DNA of 64,000 bases from Alphaproteobacteria bacterium (GCA_024407875.1 JAKSVT010000005.1:1474-65473), one strand, 5' to 3'; shown: positions 29,226 through 38,327, counted from the stretch's first letter. Made by a program: numbers and translations. The notes: generated by a model not told the origin, from the letters alone.

Positions 29226-30543
29226 AGCTCCGTGGAATCAATGTATCTTCATTTATTGAAAATATATTATTCCTTATTTCTTCTTCATTCAAAGAATATT
29301 TTGACAATACTTCTTCTTTTAAAGTTTCTACAACTATATCACCATTATAATCTTTATTTTTTATTAATTGTAAAAAGGCCCATACAGATTCTTTTATTTC
29401 CCCAACACATTCAAAAGGTTTAAATGCTGATAGACCCAATAGTTGTCTAAACCCTTCAATTTGCGATTCGTCATTTAATGGATTAAATTTAAAAATATTC
29501 ATTAAACGCTCTTTACTCATAAAAGCTGATAAGGCTAACAAAACAAATCTGCATTTATCACAATTACCACACCAGTAAGAAATTCGTTTTGTCTCATCTA
29601 ATCTGAATGCATGATTACAACTTGTAAATACAGAATCATACTTTGTTTTTCTAGCAAATCTTTGAGCAATCATTATTTCTGATAATGGGCGCAAAAAGGA
29701 AAAATAATTAAATTCAGGGAATATAGGTTTTGTAATTTTTTGGAAATTCTTCTCGAACTCAATAGATTTACTCCATTGATGATTTACCATCTTTCCATTC
29801 AAAAATGTATTTCCCACATTTGCTGATCTTTCATTAGACATTGCTACGTCTGTAAAATTATATAAAACAGCACTGCACAACAAAATAAAAGCTATAATTC
29901 CCGTAATTGGAACATGTCCATTTAAAACGCCTTCTGTTCCATTAATTTCAATTAATTTTGGGGAAATCTTTCTTTTTACTTCTATTGAATCTAATCCTGA
30001 TAGTTCAATTGTTTCTTTAATTGGCCTTGGTCTTCCTACTGCAAATAAAGTAGGTTTATAGCCAGCATCATTTAAAGTTTCCATTGTAACTATTGAATCT
30101 TTTCCTCCACCGACAGGAACAACAACTCTCTTATTCCATGAAAGTTTTTCTTTTAATATTTCACGTGAAACATTTTCTGATTTAAAATTTATTTCTGGTA
30201 TTACATTATTTCGATAAGAAAATTCACCTAAACCTGATTCATAAAACAACTGGAAAAAATCAGCTTCCTCTTTTGAAAGAGGTTTTGTCATAACATTCAT
30301 AGATTTAGGAATAAATGCTTTATAGTAGCTAATGCCTGCTGCAATATGTAATAAACGCATACATTCATTAAACAAGTTTCTTTTTTCTTCTTGCAATAAA
30401 GGAGCATTCACAAAAGTAATCTGCTCTGTAAATGATAAATCATTATCAAAGCTGTAATTTAAATTAATTGTCCTGTTATTTTCATCATAAGAAAAAGATG
30501 TAAATTGGAATTCTTTATATTTTGAATTGTAACTATAATCCAT
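29194..30543 (-). CDS. PP-loop-like ATPase of unknown name; candidate MurL (UDP-MurNAc-L-Ala-L-Glu epimerase)
   Basis: 449 aa. VVVPVGGGKDSIV PP-loop-like motif, CGNCDKCRF cysteine cluster. Operonic with the MurD-like ligase, as in the Xanthomonas MurD2/MurL pair. The assignment is from memory of that pairing, not from alignment. Confidence 0.5.
   Translation of the reverse strand: MDYSYNSKYKEFQFTSFSYDENNRTINLNYSFDNDLSFTEQITFVNAPLLQEEKRNLFNECMRLLHIAAGISYYKAFIPKSMNVMTKPLSKEEADFFQLFYESGLGEFSYRNNVIPEINFKSENVSREILKEKLSWNKRVVVPVGGGKDSIVTMETLNDAGYKPTLFAVGRPRPIKETIELSGLDSIEVKRKISPKLIEINGTEGVLNGHVPITGIIAFILLCSAVLYNFTDVAMSNERSANVGNTFLNGKMVNHQWSKSIEFEKNFQKITKPIFPEFNYFSFLRPLSEIMIAQRFARKTKYDSVFTSCNHAFRLDETKRISYWCGNCDKCRFVLLALSAFMSKERLMNIFKFNPLNDESQIEGFRQLLGLSAFKPFECVGEIKESVWAFLQLIKNKDYNGDIVVETLKEEVLSKYSLNEEEIRNNIFSINEDTLIPRSFEDAVRRIKE
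30157..30172. promoter_or_regulatory. intragenic parS-like site (tatttcacgtgaaaca, 15/16)
   Basis: One mismatch to TGTTTCACGTGAAACA. Lies inside the 449-aa ORF. Confidence 0.55.
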
Positions 30544-30627
30544 TTTATGCCTTCATTTTTTACTTATTATAAATAAAATTAAATTATAGTTTTATCAAGT
30601 ATTTTAAGAAATAAGATTATTTTACCA

Positions 30628-31296
30628 ATGAAAAAGCATAAAATTTATTTATATATTATTTTAATTGTTTGTTCTTTAATTCTTATAAAAGGATCTTTTA
30701 TAATAAAAGGTTATTTAACCTATAGAAATAAATCAAATATGGAACAAGGATTTATTTCATATAAAAAAGGTGATTATAGTGTTGCATTTAAGGCCTTTTT
30801 AAATGAAGACGTAATTTATAATCCTGTTGCCTCTTTCATTGTCGGTGAAATGTATATGAATGGAAAAGGCGTAGATAAGAACAAAGAAAGAGCTATTATG
30901 TATTATGAAAAAGCAGCTTTATACAAATATGCTCCTGCACACACTACTTTAGCCATTATTTATTTTAATGATGGCGAAATTGACAAAGCTATTTCTCATG
31001 CAAAAATTGCTTCTGATTTAAATGATGCCGAAGCATCAATGCTTTTAGCTACTCTTTACGAAAATGGATTTATAGATAAAGACCATAATTTACCTGATTA
31101 TAAAACAGCAGCTTTATATTATGAAAAAGCTTCTCAATTAGGAAATTTAGACGCTAAAACAGCTTTAATGTCATACTACAAAATGGGAAGAACTGGCATT
31201 AATAAAAACGAATATAAAGCAGCAAGACTTCAAAAAGAAATAAAATCTATAAAAGATGCTCGTAAAAAACTAGGAAATATAAATGCTAATGAATAA
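30628..31296 (+). CDS. Sel1-like repeat (SLR) protein, membrane-anchored or secreted
   Basis: N-terminal hydrophobic helix. Repeated A-x-x-Y-x-x-G-x-G-V-x-x-(D/N) units such as GEMYMNGKGVDKNKERAIMYYEKAA. Confidence 0.8.
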   Translation: MKKHKIYLYIILIVCSLILIKGSFIIKGYLTYRNKSNMEQGFISYKKGDYSVAFKAFLNEDVIYNPVASFIVGEMYMNGKGVDKNKERAIMYYEKAALYKYAPAHTTLAIIYFNDGEIDKAISHAKIASDLNDAEASMLLATLYENGFIDKDHNLPDYKTAALYYEKASQLGNLDAKTALMSYYKMGRTGINKNEYKAARLQKEIKSIKDARKKLGNINANE

Positions 31297-32752
31297 ATCA
31301 AAAAATAGTTTTAAATCTTTATATATTCTTGCTTTTTTATCTGCTGTAAATATTTTTTACTCTAAACCTTCTTTTGCTTTACCAATTCAAGATGCTTATA
31401 AAATGCTAGAAGAAGGAAAATTAGATGAAGGCATTGCTTTACTAAGAAAACTCGCTGCAACTAATACTCCTCAAGCAGCTCAACTTTTAGAATATGCTAT
31501 TTCAGCAAAGAAAAATCTTCCTCCTCCTGTGTTTTCTTATGAAAAAGATTTAAGACACTTAAGCAAAGGACATAAAAACGCTATCGATGGATTAGGAATT
31601 ATTACAAGATTTAAAGGCGATTTTAGTGGAATTTCAGGTCAAATGGAAATGCAGTCTTTAATTCAAGCGGCACAAACTAATCCAAATGCCCAATACAAAT
31701 TGGCTTTATTATTCCAAGAAGGAATAGGCGTTCCTTATAATTTAAAAAATGCTCACTATTATTTTAAAAAGGCTTCACAAAATAATAATCCTAACGCCTT
31801 AAACTCTTATGGGGTTTATGCTAGATTTGGTTTAGGCACTAATAAACCTGATAAAGATGCTGCTGAAATATCTTTAAAAAAAGCCGTTTTATTGAATAAT
31901 CCATATGCTTTTTTCAATTTATCTAGTTTATATTTAGATAAGAAAAAATGGATGGAAGCTTATCTTTTAGCTACATTTGGTAAATCTAGATTATCAAATA
32001 ATACAGAACATAAAAAATATGATGGAAAATATAATATTTATGCTAGAGCTGCAAAAAAAAGATTAACCCCTCTTGAACAAGCTTACTTAAAAAAATATGT
32101 ACCTTATTGGATGAGTTCTGTTTTAAACAAAGATGATTTAGAAGGAAGAATTTTTCCAAAAGCTTTGCCTTTACCTCCTAAAGAAATGATAAAAAAAACT
32201 ACTTGGTTTGAAGCTATAAATGCTGGGGCTTTTGACGGTAAATATAAAGATATTCCTCCTTTAATGCCTAATTGGGTACCTTTTGAACTTGATCAAAAAG
32301 ATATAAATGATTTAACTAATAAAAATCCTTTAGCACCATCTCCAGAAACTGAAGAAGTTATCAACACTCTTTATTACAGAAGAGCAACACCATCTAAATT
32401 TAAGTTAACTTTAAATAAGAAAAACAATTCTATTCCTGTTATGGAAGGAGATGTTTTTGAAATCTATGTTTATTCAAAATTAACGGAAAATGAATTAACA
32501 AAAAAAGGGGGACACTTTTATAAAGACAATACAGATTACAAAATCTATTTAGATAATGCTTCTGGTGCTCTTATGAGTGACAACAAACCTGTTTTAACAG
32601 CATTAAGTATTGAAACTAGAAATGAAGAAACCTGGTTTTCTCAAACTTTTAAAGCCATAAAAAAAGGAAAATCAGTTATACGATTTATCCCTCAAAATGC
32701 AACAGAAGACCATCCTTTAGTTCCAATTACTTTAACTGTTGATGTTAATTAA
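31283..32752 (+). CDS. Sel1-like repeat protein with an unassigned ~200-aa C-terminal domain
   Basis: Signal-like N-terminus. SLR units (ALLFQEGIGVPYNLKNAHYYFKKAS...) in the first ~270 aa, then a beta-rich C-terminal part with no motif I recognise. 14-nt overlap with the upstream SLR gene. Confidence 0.7.
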   Translation: MLMNKSKNSFKSLYILAFLSAVNIFYSKPSFALPIQDAYKMLEEGKLDEGIALLRKLAATNTPQAAQLLEYAISAKKNLPPPVFSYEKDLRHLSKGHKNAIDGLGIITRFKGDFSGISGQMEMQSLIQAAQTNPNAQYKLALLFQEGIGVPYNLKNAHYYFKKASQNNNPNALNSYGVYARFGLGTNKPDKDAAEISLKKAVLLNNPYAFFNLSSLYLDKKKWMEAYLLATFGKSRLSNNTEHKKYDGKYNIYARAAKKRLTPLEQAYLKKYVPYWMSSVLNKDDLEGRIFPKALPLPPKEMIKKTTWFEAINAGAFDGKYKDIPPLMPNWVPFELDQKDINDLTNKNPLAPSPETEEVINTLYYRRATPSKFKLTLNKKNNSIPVMEGDVFEIYVYSKLTENELTKKGGHFYKDNTDYKIYLDNASGALMSDNKPVLTALSIETRNEETWFSQTFKAIKKGKSVIRFIPQNATEDHPLVPITLTVDVN

Positions 32753-32787
32753 AAAAAAGGGCATGATTTTATATCATGTCCTCTTTT
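32751..32787. terminator. bidirectional intrinsic terminator (SLR operon / purB)
   Basis: aaaaaaaa-gggcatgat-tttat-atcatgtcc-tctttt. Confidence 0.75.
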
Positions 32788-32809
32788 CATTTATATCTTT
32801 TTAAAAGCC

Positions 32810-34102
32810 TTATTTTATAACTCTCTTAAATACCTTATCAATTTGAGTTGTATAGAAGTTTAAGTCAAACAAATCTTCTAATTCTTTCTTGTTTAATACA
32901 CTCATAACTTCTTCATCAGCTTCTAACAAATCTTTAAATGTACCTTCGTTAGCCCATACTTTCATAGCATTACGTTGTACCATTTTATAAGCATCTTCTC
33001 TTTTTTGACCTTTATCAACCATAGCCAACATAACACGTTGTGAGAATATTAATCCTTTCAATCTATTAATATTGTTCATCATATTTTCTGGATAAACTAA
33101 TAATTTTTCAATTATTCCTGCTATTCTATTTAAGATGAAATCCATTCCAACCATAGCATCTGTTGCTATAATACGTTCATTAGAAGAATGAGAAATATCC
33201 CTTTCATGCCATAATGCAACATTTTCCATTGCAGGAATTACATAAGAACGCATCAATCTTGCTAAACCTGTTAAATTTTCTGATAAAACAGGATTACGTT
33301 TATGAGGCATAGCTGAAGATCCCTTTTGTCCTTTAGAGAAAAATTCTTCAACTTCTCTTACTTCTGTTCTTTGTAAATGTCTAATTTCAACAGCAAGTCT
33401 TTCAATAGATGATGCTAATACACCAATTACACTAAACAACATTGCATATCTATCACGAGGAATTACTTGTGTTGATACAGGTTCTGCTCTTAAACCTAAC
33501 TTTTTAGCAACATATTCTTCTACAAAAGGATCTACTGTTGCAAATGTACCAACTGGACCAGAAATAGCACAAGTAGCTACTTCTTCTCTTGCTTGTAATA
33601 AACGTTCTTTATTACGTTCAAACTCTGCATAGAAACCTAATAATTTTAGTCCAAATGTTGTTGGTTCAGCATGAATGCCATGGCTTCTTCCCATACATAA
33701 TGTAAATTTATGTTCTAATGCTCTTGTCTTTAATGCGTTTAATAATCTATCTACATCTTTAACTAATATGTCTATACTTTGTGTAAGGCGTACATTAAAT
33801 GATGTATCTAAAATATCTGAAGATGTCATTCCTTGATGCATAAAACGAGCAGCTGATCCAACATTTTCACCTACATTTGTTAAAAATGCTATTACGTCAT
33901 GTTTTACTTCAGCTTCAATTTCATCAATACGAGCAATATCAAATTTGCCCTTTTCTTTAATTTCTTTTACTGCTTCTTGAGGAATCTTCCCCATTTCTGC
34001 CATAGCTTCGCAAGCATATGTCTCTATTAAAAGCCATGTTTTAAATTTATTTTCATCTGTCCAAATAGCAGACATCTCAGGGCGAGAATAACGTGGAATC
34101 AT
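32810..34102 (-). CDS. purB: adenylosuccinate lyase
   Basis: GSSAMPHKRNP signature, 430 aa, full-length fumarate-lyase-family pattern with PurB C-terminus. Confidence 0.96.
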   Translation of the reverse strand: MIPRYSRPEMSAIWTDENKFKTWLLIETYACEAMAEMGKIPQEAVKEIKEKGKFDIARIDEIEAEVKHDVIAFLTNVGENVGSAARFMHQGMTSSDILDTSFNVRLTQSIDILVKDVDRLLNALKTRALEHKFTLCMGRSHGIHAEPTTFGLKLLGFYAEFERNKERLLQAREEVATCAISGPVGTFATVDPFVEEYVAKKLGLRAEPVSTQVIPRDRYAMLFSVIGVLASSIERLAVEIRHLQRTEVREVEEFFSKGQKGSSAMPHKRNPVLSENLTGLARLMRSYVIPAMENVALWHERDISHSSNERIIATDAMVGMDFILNRIAGIIEKLLVYPENMMNNINRLKGLIFSQRVMLAMVDKGQKREDAYKMVQRNAMKVWANEGTFKDLLEADEEVMSVLNKKELEDLFDLNFYTTQIDKVFKRVIK

Positions 34103-34172
34103 TTTTTTTCCTTTTTATAAAATTACAAAGTATGTTATAAAGTAAGTAGACTATATAAAAGGGAGACAAAAA

Positions 34173-34487
34173 ATGCAAACACAAAACATCATTAAAGCAA
34201 AAGATTATTTAATTGAAGAAAACAATAAGAACGAAAATGAATGTGCTGTAGAAATGGATGATGATGACGTAATTTTGCATATATTTGGAGATCAACCTGA
34301 TTACAACAATCCTGACTTTGAAAAATTATGGTCAGAATTTTCTAATAAAAGTGTTTCAGAAATTAGTGAATATTGTTTATCTCAAGGTGTTGATATAATG
34401 AACGGTGACAATCCTGTTGTTAAATTTAGAGATATTGCTGTTATGCTAAAGGCTATTGAAATTGGTTTACTAGAGTTAAAACAATAA
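34173..34487 (+). CDS. hypothetical acidic protein
   Basis: 104-aa ORF with GGGAGA upstream of the ATG. No recognisable motif. Confidence 0.45.
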   Translation: MQTQNIIKAKDYLIEENNKNENECAVEMDDDDVILHIFGDQPDYNNPDFEKLWSEFSNKSVSEISEYCLSQGVDIMNGDNPVVKFRDIAVMLKAIEIGLLELKQ

Positions 34488-34517
34488 GAAAAAATTGAAT
34501 TATTAAAAATAGGAAAG

Positions 34518-35492
34518 CTAAAACTTTCCTATTTCTTTTTTTATCGCTTTATATATTTTCTTTATATCGTATACAGGCAATAATGAATAAATCAGAAAAT
34601 CATGTAATAGACCTTTGCCAATGTACATATCACAATTCACATTTAATGATTTTAATTTTTGATAATATCTTACAATATCATCCTTAAAAATTTCATTTTC
34701 ACCTACTGTTATTATAATCTTTGGGAAAGAACTATTATAACCATTAAAAAAATATGGACTAAATCTATAGTCTTTCAGATCTCTATCTTTAGAAATTATT
34801 TTTGAAATTAGCTTCATTGGTTCAATTCCAAATATTGGATCTTTATTTTCTAACTTCTTATATACTTCAGGCTCATTACTATAACTTAAATCAACAACAG
34901 GAGACATAGCCACTATAAGTTTAGGCATAATCAACTTATTTTCAAAAGCTTTTATTAACATAGAAATTATGTAATTACCACCAGCAGAATCTCCCATCAA
35001 AATAACATCTTTAAATTGCTTTGTTATGTTTTCATAAAAAGAAACTAATTCATCTAAAGATTCTAAAAAATCATTTTTAGGGCATAATTTATATATAGGA
35101 ACTATGATAAAGTAGTCTTCCTTATAAGCTAATTTATCACAAAATTTCATAGTCTTTTCATCTAAATTAAAAATCCAACCTCCACCATGAACAAATAAGA
35201 TTGTCTTTTTAGATTTATTCTGATTACCAAATGTTATTACCTGCATATCATCATAGAAATATTCATTTAGTTCACTTCTAAATTTATATTTTTTTAAATC
35301 AATCAATGAAGAGTTGTTATCTAAGTTATTTAAAAATACTTCTAATTTATCAGTTTCTTTAAACAATCCATCATTAGTCATCTTCTTTAATGCATCATTT
35401 AAAAACACATTAAGAAACTTTGTTGAAATAAAATGAATCAATACACTTAACAAAACAATTGCTATTACTACATAGAAATATTTCACGACCAC
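34518..35492 (-). CDS. alpha/beta hydrolase (esterase/lipase, Abhydrolase_3/HSL-like), membrane-anchored
   Basis: HGGGW oxyanion motif, GDSAGG nucleophile elbow, late D and H (LLHDF), N-terminal TM helix. Confidence 0.85.
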   Translation of the reverse strand: MVVKYFYVVIAIVLLSVLIHFISTKFLNVFLNDALKKMTNDGLFKETDKLEVFLNNLDNNSSLIDLKKYKFRSELNEYFYDDMQVITFGNQNKSKKTILFVHGGGWIFNLDEKTMKFCDKLAYKEDYFIIVPIYKLCPKNDFLESLDELVSFYENITKQFKDVILMGDSAGGNYIISMLIKAFENKLIMPKLIVAMSPVVDLSYSNEPEVYKKLENKDPIFGIEPMKLISKIISKDRDLKDYRFSPYFFNGYNSSFPKIIITVGENEIFKDDIVRYYQKLKSLNVNCDMYIGKGLLHDFLIYSLLPVYDIKKIYKAIKKEIGKF

Positions 35493-35528
35493 ATCTCCTT
35501 TATTTTTTTGTTATTTTATCACTATTAT

Positions 35529-35544
35529 TGTTTCATGTGAAACA
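35529..35544. promoter_or_regulatory. parS site 1 (tgtttcatgtgaaaca, 15/16)
   Basis: Match to the TGTTTCACGTGAAACA palindrome, in the intergenic region upstream of rsmG-parAB. Confidence 0.85.
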
Positions 35545-35566
35545 TATAAAACAGAAATTACACTAA

Positions 35567-35582
35567 AGTTTCATGTGAAACA
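35567..35582. promoter_or_regulatory. parS site 2 (agtttcatgtgaaaca, 14/16)
   Basis: As site 1. Confidence 0.75.
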
Positions 35583-35605
35583 TTATTTAAAATAAAAACA
35601 GCAAA

Positions 35606-35621
35606 AGTTTCACGTGAAACA
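35606..35621. promoter_or_regulatory. parS site 3 (agtttcacgtgaaaca, 15/16)
   Basis: As site 1. Confidence 0.85.
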
Positions 35622-35710
35622 TAAAAATTCATTTTTTTAAAAATTTTACTTGTAAAACATCTTATTTTTTTATTATTAATAGAAAAAAAGACAAAGAAGC
35701 GTCACAAAAT

Positions 35711-35726
35711 TGTTTCACGTGAAACA
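35711..35726. promoter_or_regulatory. parS site 4 (tgtttcacgtgaaaca, 16/16 perfect palindrome)
   Basis: Perfect consensus. Confidence 0.92.
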
Positions 35727-35752
35727 ATTTAACAAACAAAGAAAAACACAAA

Positions 35753-35768
35753 TGTTTCATGTGAAACA
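35753..35768. promoter_or_regulatory. parS site 5 (tgtttcatgtgaaaca, 15/16)
   Basis: As site 1; 25 nt upstream of the rsmG start. Confidence 0.85.
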
Positions 35769-35792
35769 TAAAACAGTAATAGGAATAAAAGT

Positions 35793-36413
35793 TTGATAAC
35801 TTTAGATAGAGATAACACATTAAAACAGATAAACGCTTCTGAAGAAGTTTCAAAAAAACTAGATATATATGTCGAAACTTTAGAAAAATGGCAAGGATTT
35901 ATGAATCTTGTTAGTGATACTACCCTACCAATAGTATGGACAAGACATATATTAGATAGTGCTCAACTGTACAAATTAATAAAGAACGAAGATAAAATTA
36001 TAGTTGATTTTGGAAGTGGTTCAGGCTTTCCTGGATTGGTGTTAGCTATATTAGATGATAAAAACAGAGAATATCATTTAATAGAAAGCGATGGAAAGAA
36101 ATGCAATTTTCTAAACGAAATAGTTAAATTATGTAATTTGAACGTAATAGTACACAACGAAAGAATAGAAAAAATTAAAAATTTAAAACCTAATGTAATA
36201 ACAGCAAGAGCTCTTACTTCATTAGTGGAATTAGTAAAATATGCCAATATGTACACTTCAGAAAAAACAAGATACATATTCATGAAAGGAAAAAAAGCTC
36301 CTGAAGAAATAAAAGAATGTCAGAAGCAATTTAAAATAGAATTTGAAAAAATAAACAGTATTACAAGTCCAGAAGGTCAAATATTAATAATAAACAAGGT
36401 AACAAAAAAATGA
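35793..36413 (+). CDS. rsmG: 16S rRNA (guanine527-N7)-methyltransferase RsmG (GidB)
   Basis: DFGSGSGFPGLVLAI SAM motif, 206 aa, TTG start with AGGA upstream. 4-nt overlap with parA. Confidence 0.93.
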   Translation: MITLDRDNTLKQINASEEVSKKLDIYVETLEKWQGFMNLVSDTTLPIVWTRHILDSAQLYKLIKNEDKIIVDFGSGSGFPGLVLAILDDKNREYHLIESDGKKCNFLNEIVKLCNLNVIVHNERIEKIKNLKPNVITARALTSLVELVKYANMYTSEKTRYIFMKGKKAPEEIKECQKQFKIEFEKINSITSPEGQILIINKVTKK

Positions 36414-37204
36414 CAATAGATAAGAAACCAAAAGTTATATCTATATGCAATCAAAAAGGTGGCGTTGGTAAAACAACAACAGCTGTTAATTTAGCAACAG
36501 CAATTGCAAGTAGAAAAAAAGTTTTATTAATAGATTTAGATCCCCAAGGTAATGCAACCGTTTCTTTAGGTATAGAAAGAAAAAAAGTTCAAAAAAATTC
36601 ATACCAAGTATTAATGGGTGATGCTTCATTATCATCATCAATTGTATGGACTAATATACCTAATTTATCAGTAGTGCCAGCATCAAAAGATTTAGCTGGC
36701 GTAGATTTTGAATTATCTAAAAAACAAGGTCCACAATTCTTTTTAAAGAATGCTTTTGAAAAAGAAAACATTGCTTATGATTATATTTTTATAGATTGTC
36801 CTCCATCTGTTGGAATGTTGACAATAAATGCAATGGTGGCTTCAGATTCAATAATTGTACCAGTTCAATGCGAATATTTAGCAATGGAAGGTGTAGCAGA
36901 TTTAATGAAAACTATTTCAAAAGTTCATCTAAATCTCAATCCTAGATTAAAAATTCAAGGTATAGCTCTTACCATGTATGATGCAAGAACAACACTTTCT
37001 AGAGAAGTTGCAAATGATGTAAGAAGAGTATTTGCACAAGCAAACACCCATGTATATCAAACAGTAATCCCTAGAAATGTTAGATTATCAGAAGCACCAT
37101 CACATGGTAAACCAATTATTCTATATGATGTAAGATCAATAGGATCTACTGCATATATACAATTAGCAAAAGAAGTTTTAAGACAAGAGGGTAAAAATGA
37201 GTAA
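36410..37204 (+). CDS. parA: chromosome partitioning ATPase ParA
   Basis: NQKGGVGKTTTAVNLA deviant Walker A, 264 aa. Confidence 0.96.
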   Translation: MTIDKKPKVISICNQKGGVGKTTTAVNLATAIASRKKVLLIDLDPQGNATVSLGIERKKVQKNSYQVLMGDASLSSSIVWTNIPNLSVVPASKDLAGVDFELSKKQGPQFFLKNAFEKENIAYDYIFIDCPPSVGMLTINAMVASDSIIVPVQCEYLAMEGVADLMKTISKVHLNLNPRLKIQGIALTMYDARTTLSREVANDVRRVFAQANTHVYQTVIPRNVRLSEAPSHGKPIILYDVRSIGSTAYIQLAKEVLRQEGKNE

Positions 37205-38261
37205 AAAAGGTTTAGGACGTGGATTAAGCGCCTTATTGGGTGACGACGATTTTACTGAAAACGAAGAAACAGTAAGTTCAAATCAAGAAGAACCTAAAAG
37301 AGGAATATCAACTCTTGAGTTATCAAAACTTCAACCAAGTCCATGGCAGCCAAGACATGTATTTGATGAAGAAGCTATAAATGACCTCGTTGAATCAATT
37401 AAAAACAGAGGCATATTACAACCTTTATTAGTAAGAGAATTAAAAGACGAAAAAGGGAAATATGAAATTATCGGTGGTGAACGTCGTTGGAGAGCTTCAC
37501 AAAAAGCAGGATTAACTGAAGTACCAGTAATAATAAAAGACTTTACAGACCAAGAAGCTTTAGAAGTTGCATTAGTCGAAAACTTACAACGTCAAGATTT
37601 AAATGCCCTAGAAGAAGCTGAAGGCTATCATAGATTAATGAATGAATTTAAAAATACTCAAGAATCATTAGCCAAAGCTGTAGGAAAAAGTAGAAGTCAC
37701 GTTGCAAACACAATGAGATTATTACAATTACCTGATTCAGTAAAAGAATTACTTGAAACAGGAAAGCTAACAGGAGGACATGCAAGAGCTTTATTAAATG
37801 CAAAAAATCCTGAAGATCTAGCAAAAATTGTAATAGATAAAGGACTTAATGTAAGACAAACAGAACAATTAGCTGCAAATTCTGAAAAAGTAAAACCACA
37901 AAAGAAAAAGAAACAATCATCATTATCAGGTGATTTTAAAGAAATAGAAAAACAAATTTCAGAAATAGTAAAGCTTCCAACACTCCTTAAAACAAAAGGT
38001 AATGGCGGTGAAATTATAATAAGTTTTGCTGACTTAGAAGAATTAGATAAATTTATGGATCTTATAAGTTCTAAATCTTTTTCTAAAAAAGAAAAAATAG
38101 AAGAAGAACAACTAGAAACTAATCCAGATGAAATTATGAATAAATTCAATGATGATGAAATTATAGTTTCAAAAAACGAAAATGAAGAAATAATCGATGC
38201 TGAAAATAATGATCAAGAAGTCATTGAAGTGAATTCTAGCGACGAAGAAATAATAAAATAA
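37197..38261 (+). CDS. parB: chromosome partitioning protein ParB with an acidic C-terminal extension
   Basis: QPRHVFDEEAINDL, GGERRWRAS box, HTH region. The last ~55 aa are D/E/I-rich. Confidence 0.95.
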   Translation: MSKKGLGRGLSALLGDDDFTENEETVSSNQEEPKRGISTLELSKLQPSPWQPRHVFDEEAINDLVESIKNRGILQPLLVRELKDEKGKYEIIGGERRWRASQKAGLTEVPVIIKDFTDQEALEVALVENLQRQDLNALEEAEGYHRLMNEFKNTQESLAKAVGKSRSHVANTMRLLQLPDSVKELLETGKLTGGHARALLNAKNPEDLAKIVIDKGLNVRQTEQLAANSEKVKPQKKKKQSSLSGDFKEIEKQISEIVKLPTLLKTKGNGGEIIISFADLEELDKFMDLISSKSFSKKEKIEEEQLETNPDEIMNKFNDDEIIVSKNENEEIIDAENNDQEVIEVNSSDEEIIK

Positions 38262-38282
38262 CACACAAAGTAATATTAAATT

Positions 38283-38327
38283 GGCTGACAGCGTTCATAT
38301 TTTTAATACAAAAACGCTGTCAACGCC
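38283..38327. repeat. GC-rich inverted repeat with a 17-nt loop between the convergent parB and hemW genes
   Basis: tgacagcgtt (38286..38295) / aacgctgtca (38313..38322), plus outer ggc/gcc. Probably a bidirectional terminator. Confidence 0.5.

Noticed and set aside
35529-35768. Repeated 16-mers that could be mistaken for a mini CRISPR or REP array
   Set aside because: The units are palindromic, irregularly spaced (38-105 bp), match the parS consensus, and sit upstream of parAB. There are no cas genes and no uniform repeat-spacer periodicity.
35662-35853. 63-aa minus-strand ORF in the rsmG upstream region
   Set aside because: It lies across parS sites 4 and 5, has no SD, and its sequence is low-complexity and Phe/Leu/Cys-rich, as expected from AT-rich non-coding DNA.
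37697-38149. 150-aa minus-strand ORF
   Set aside because: Antisense to parB. Ser/Phe/Cys-rich shadow of the acidic parB tail.
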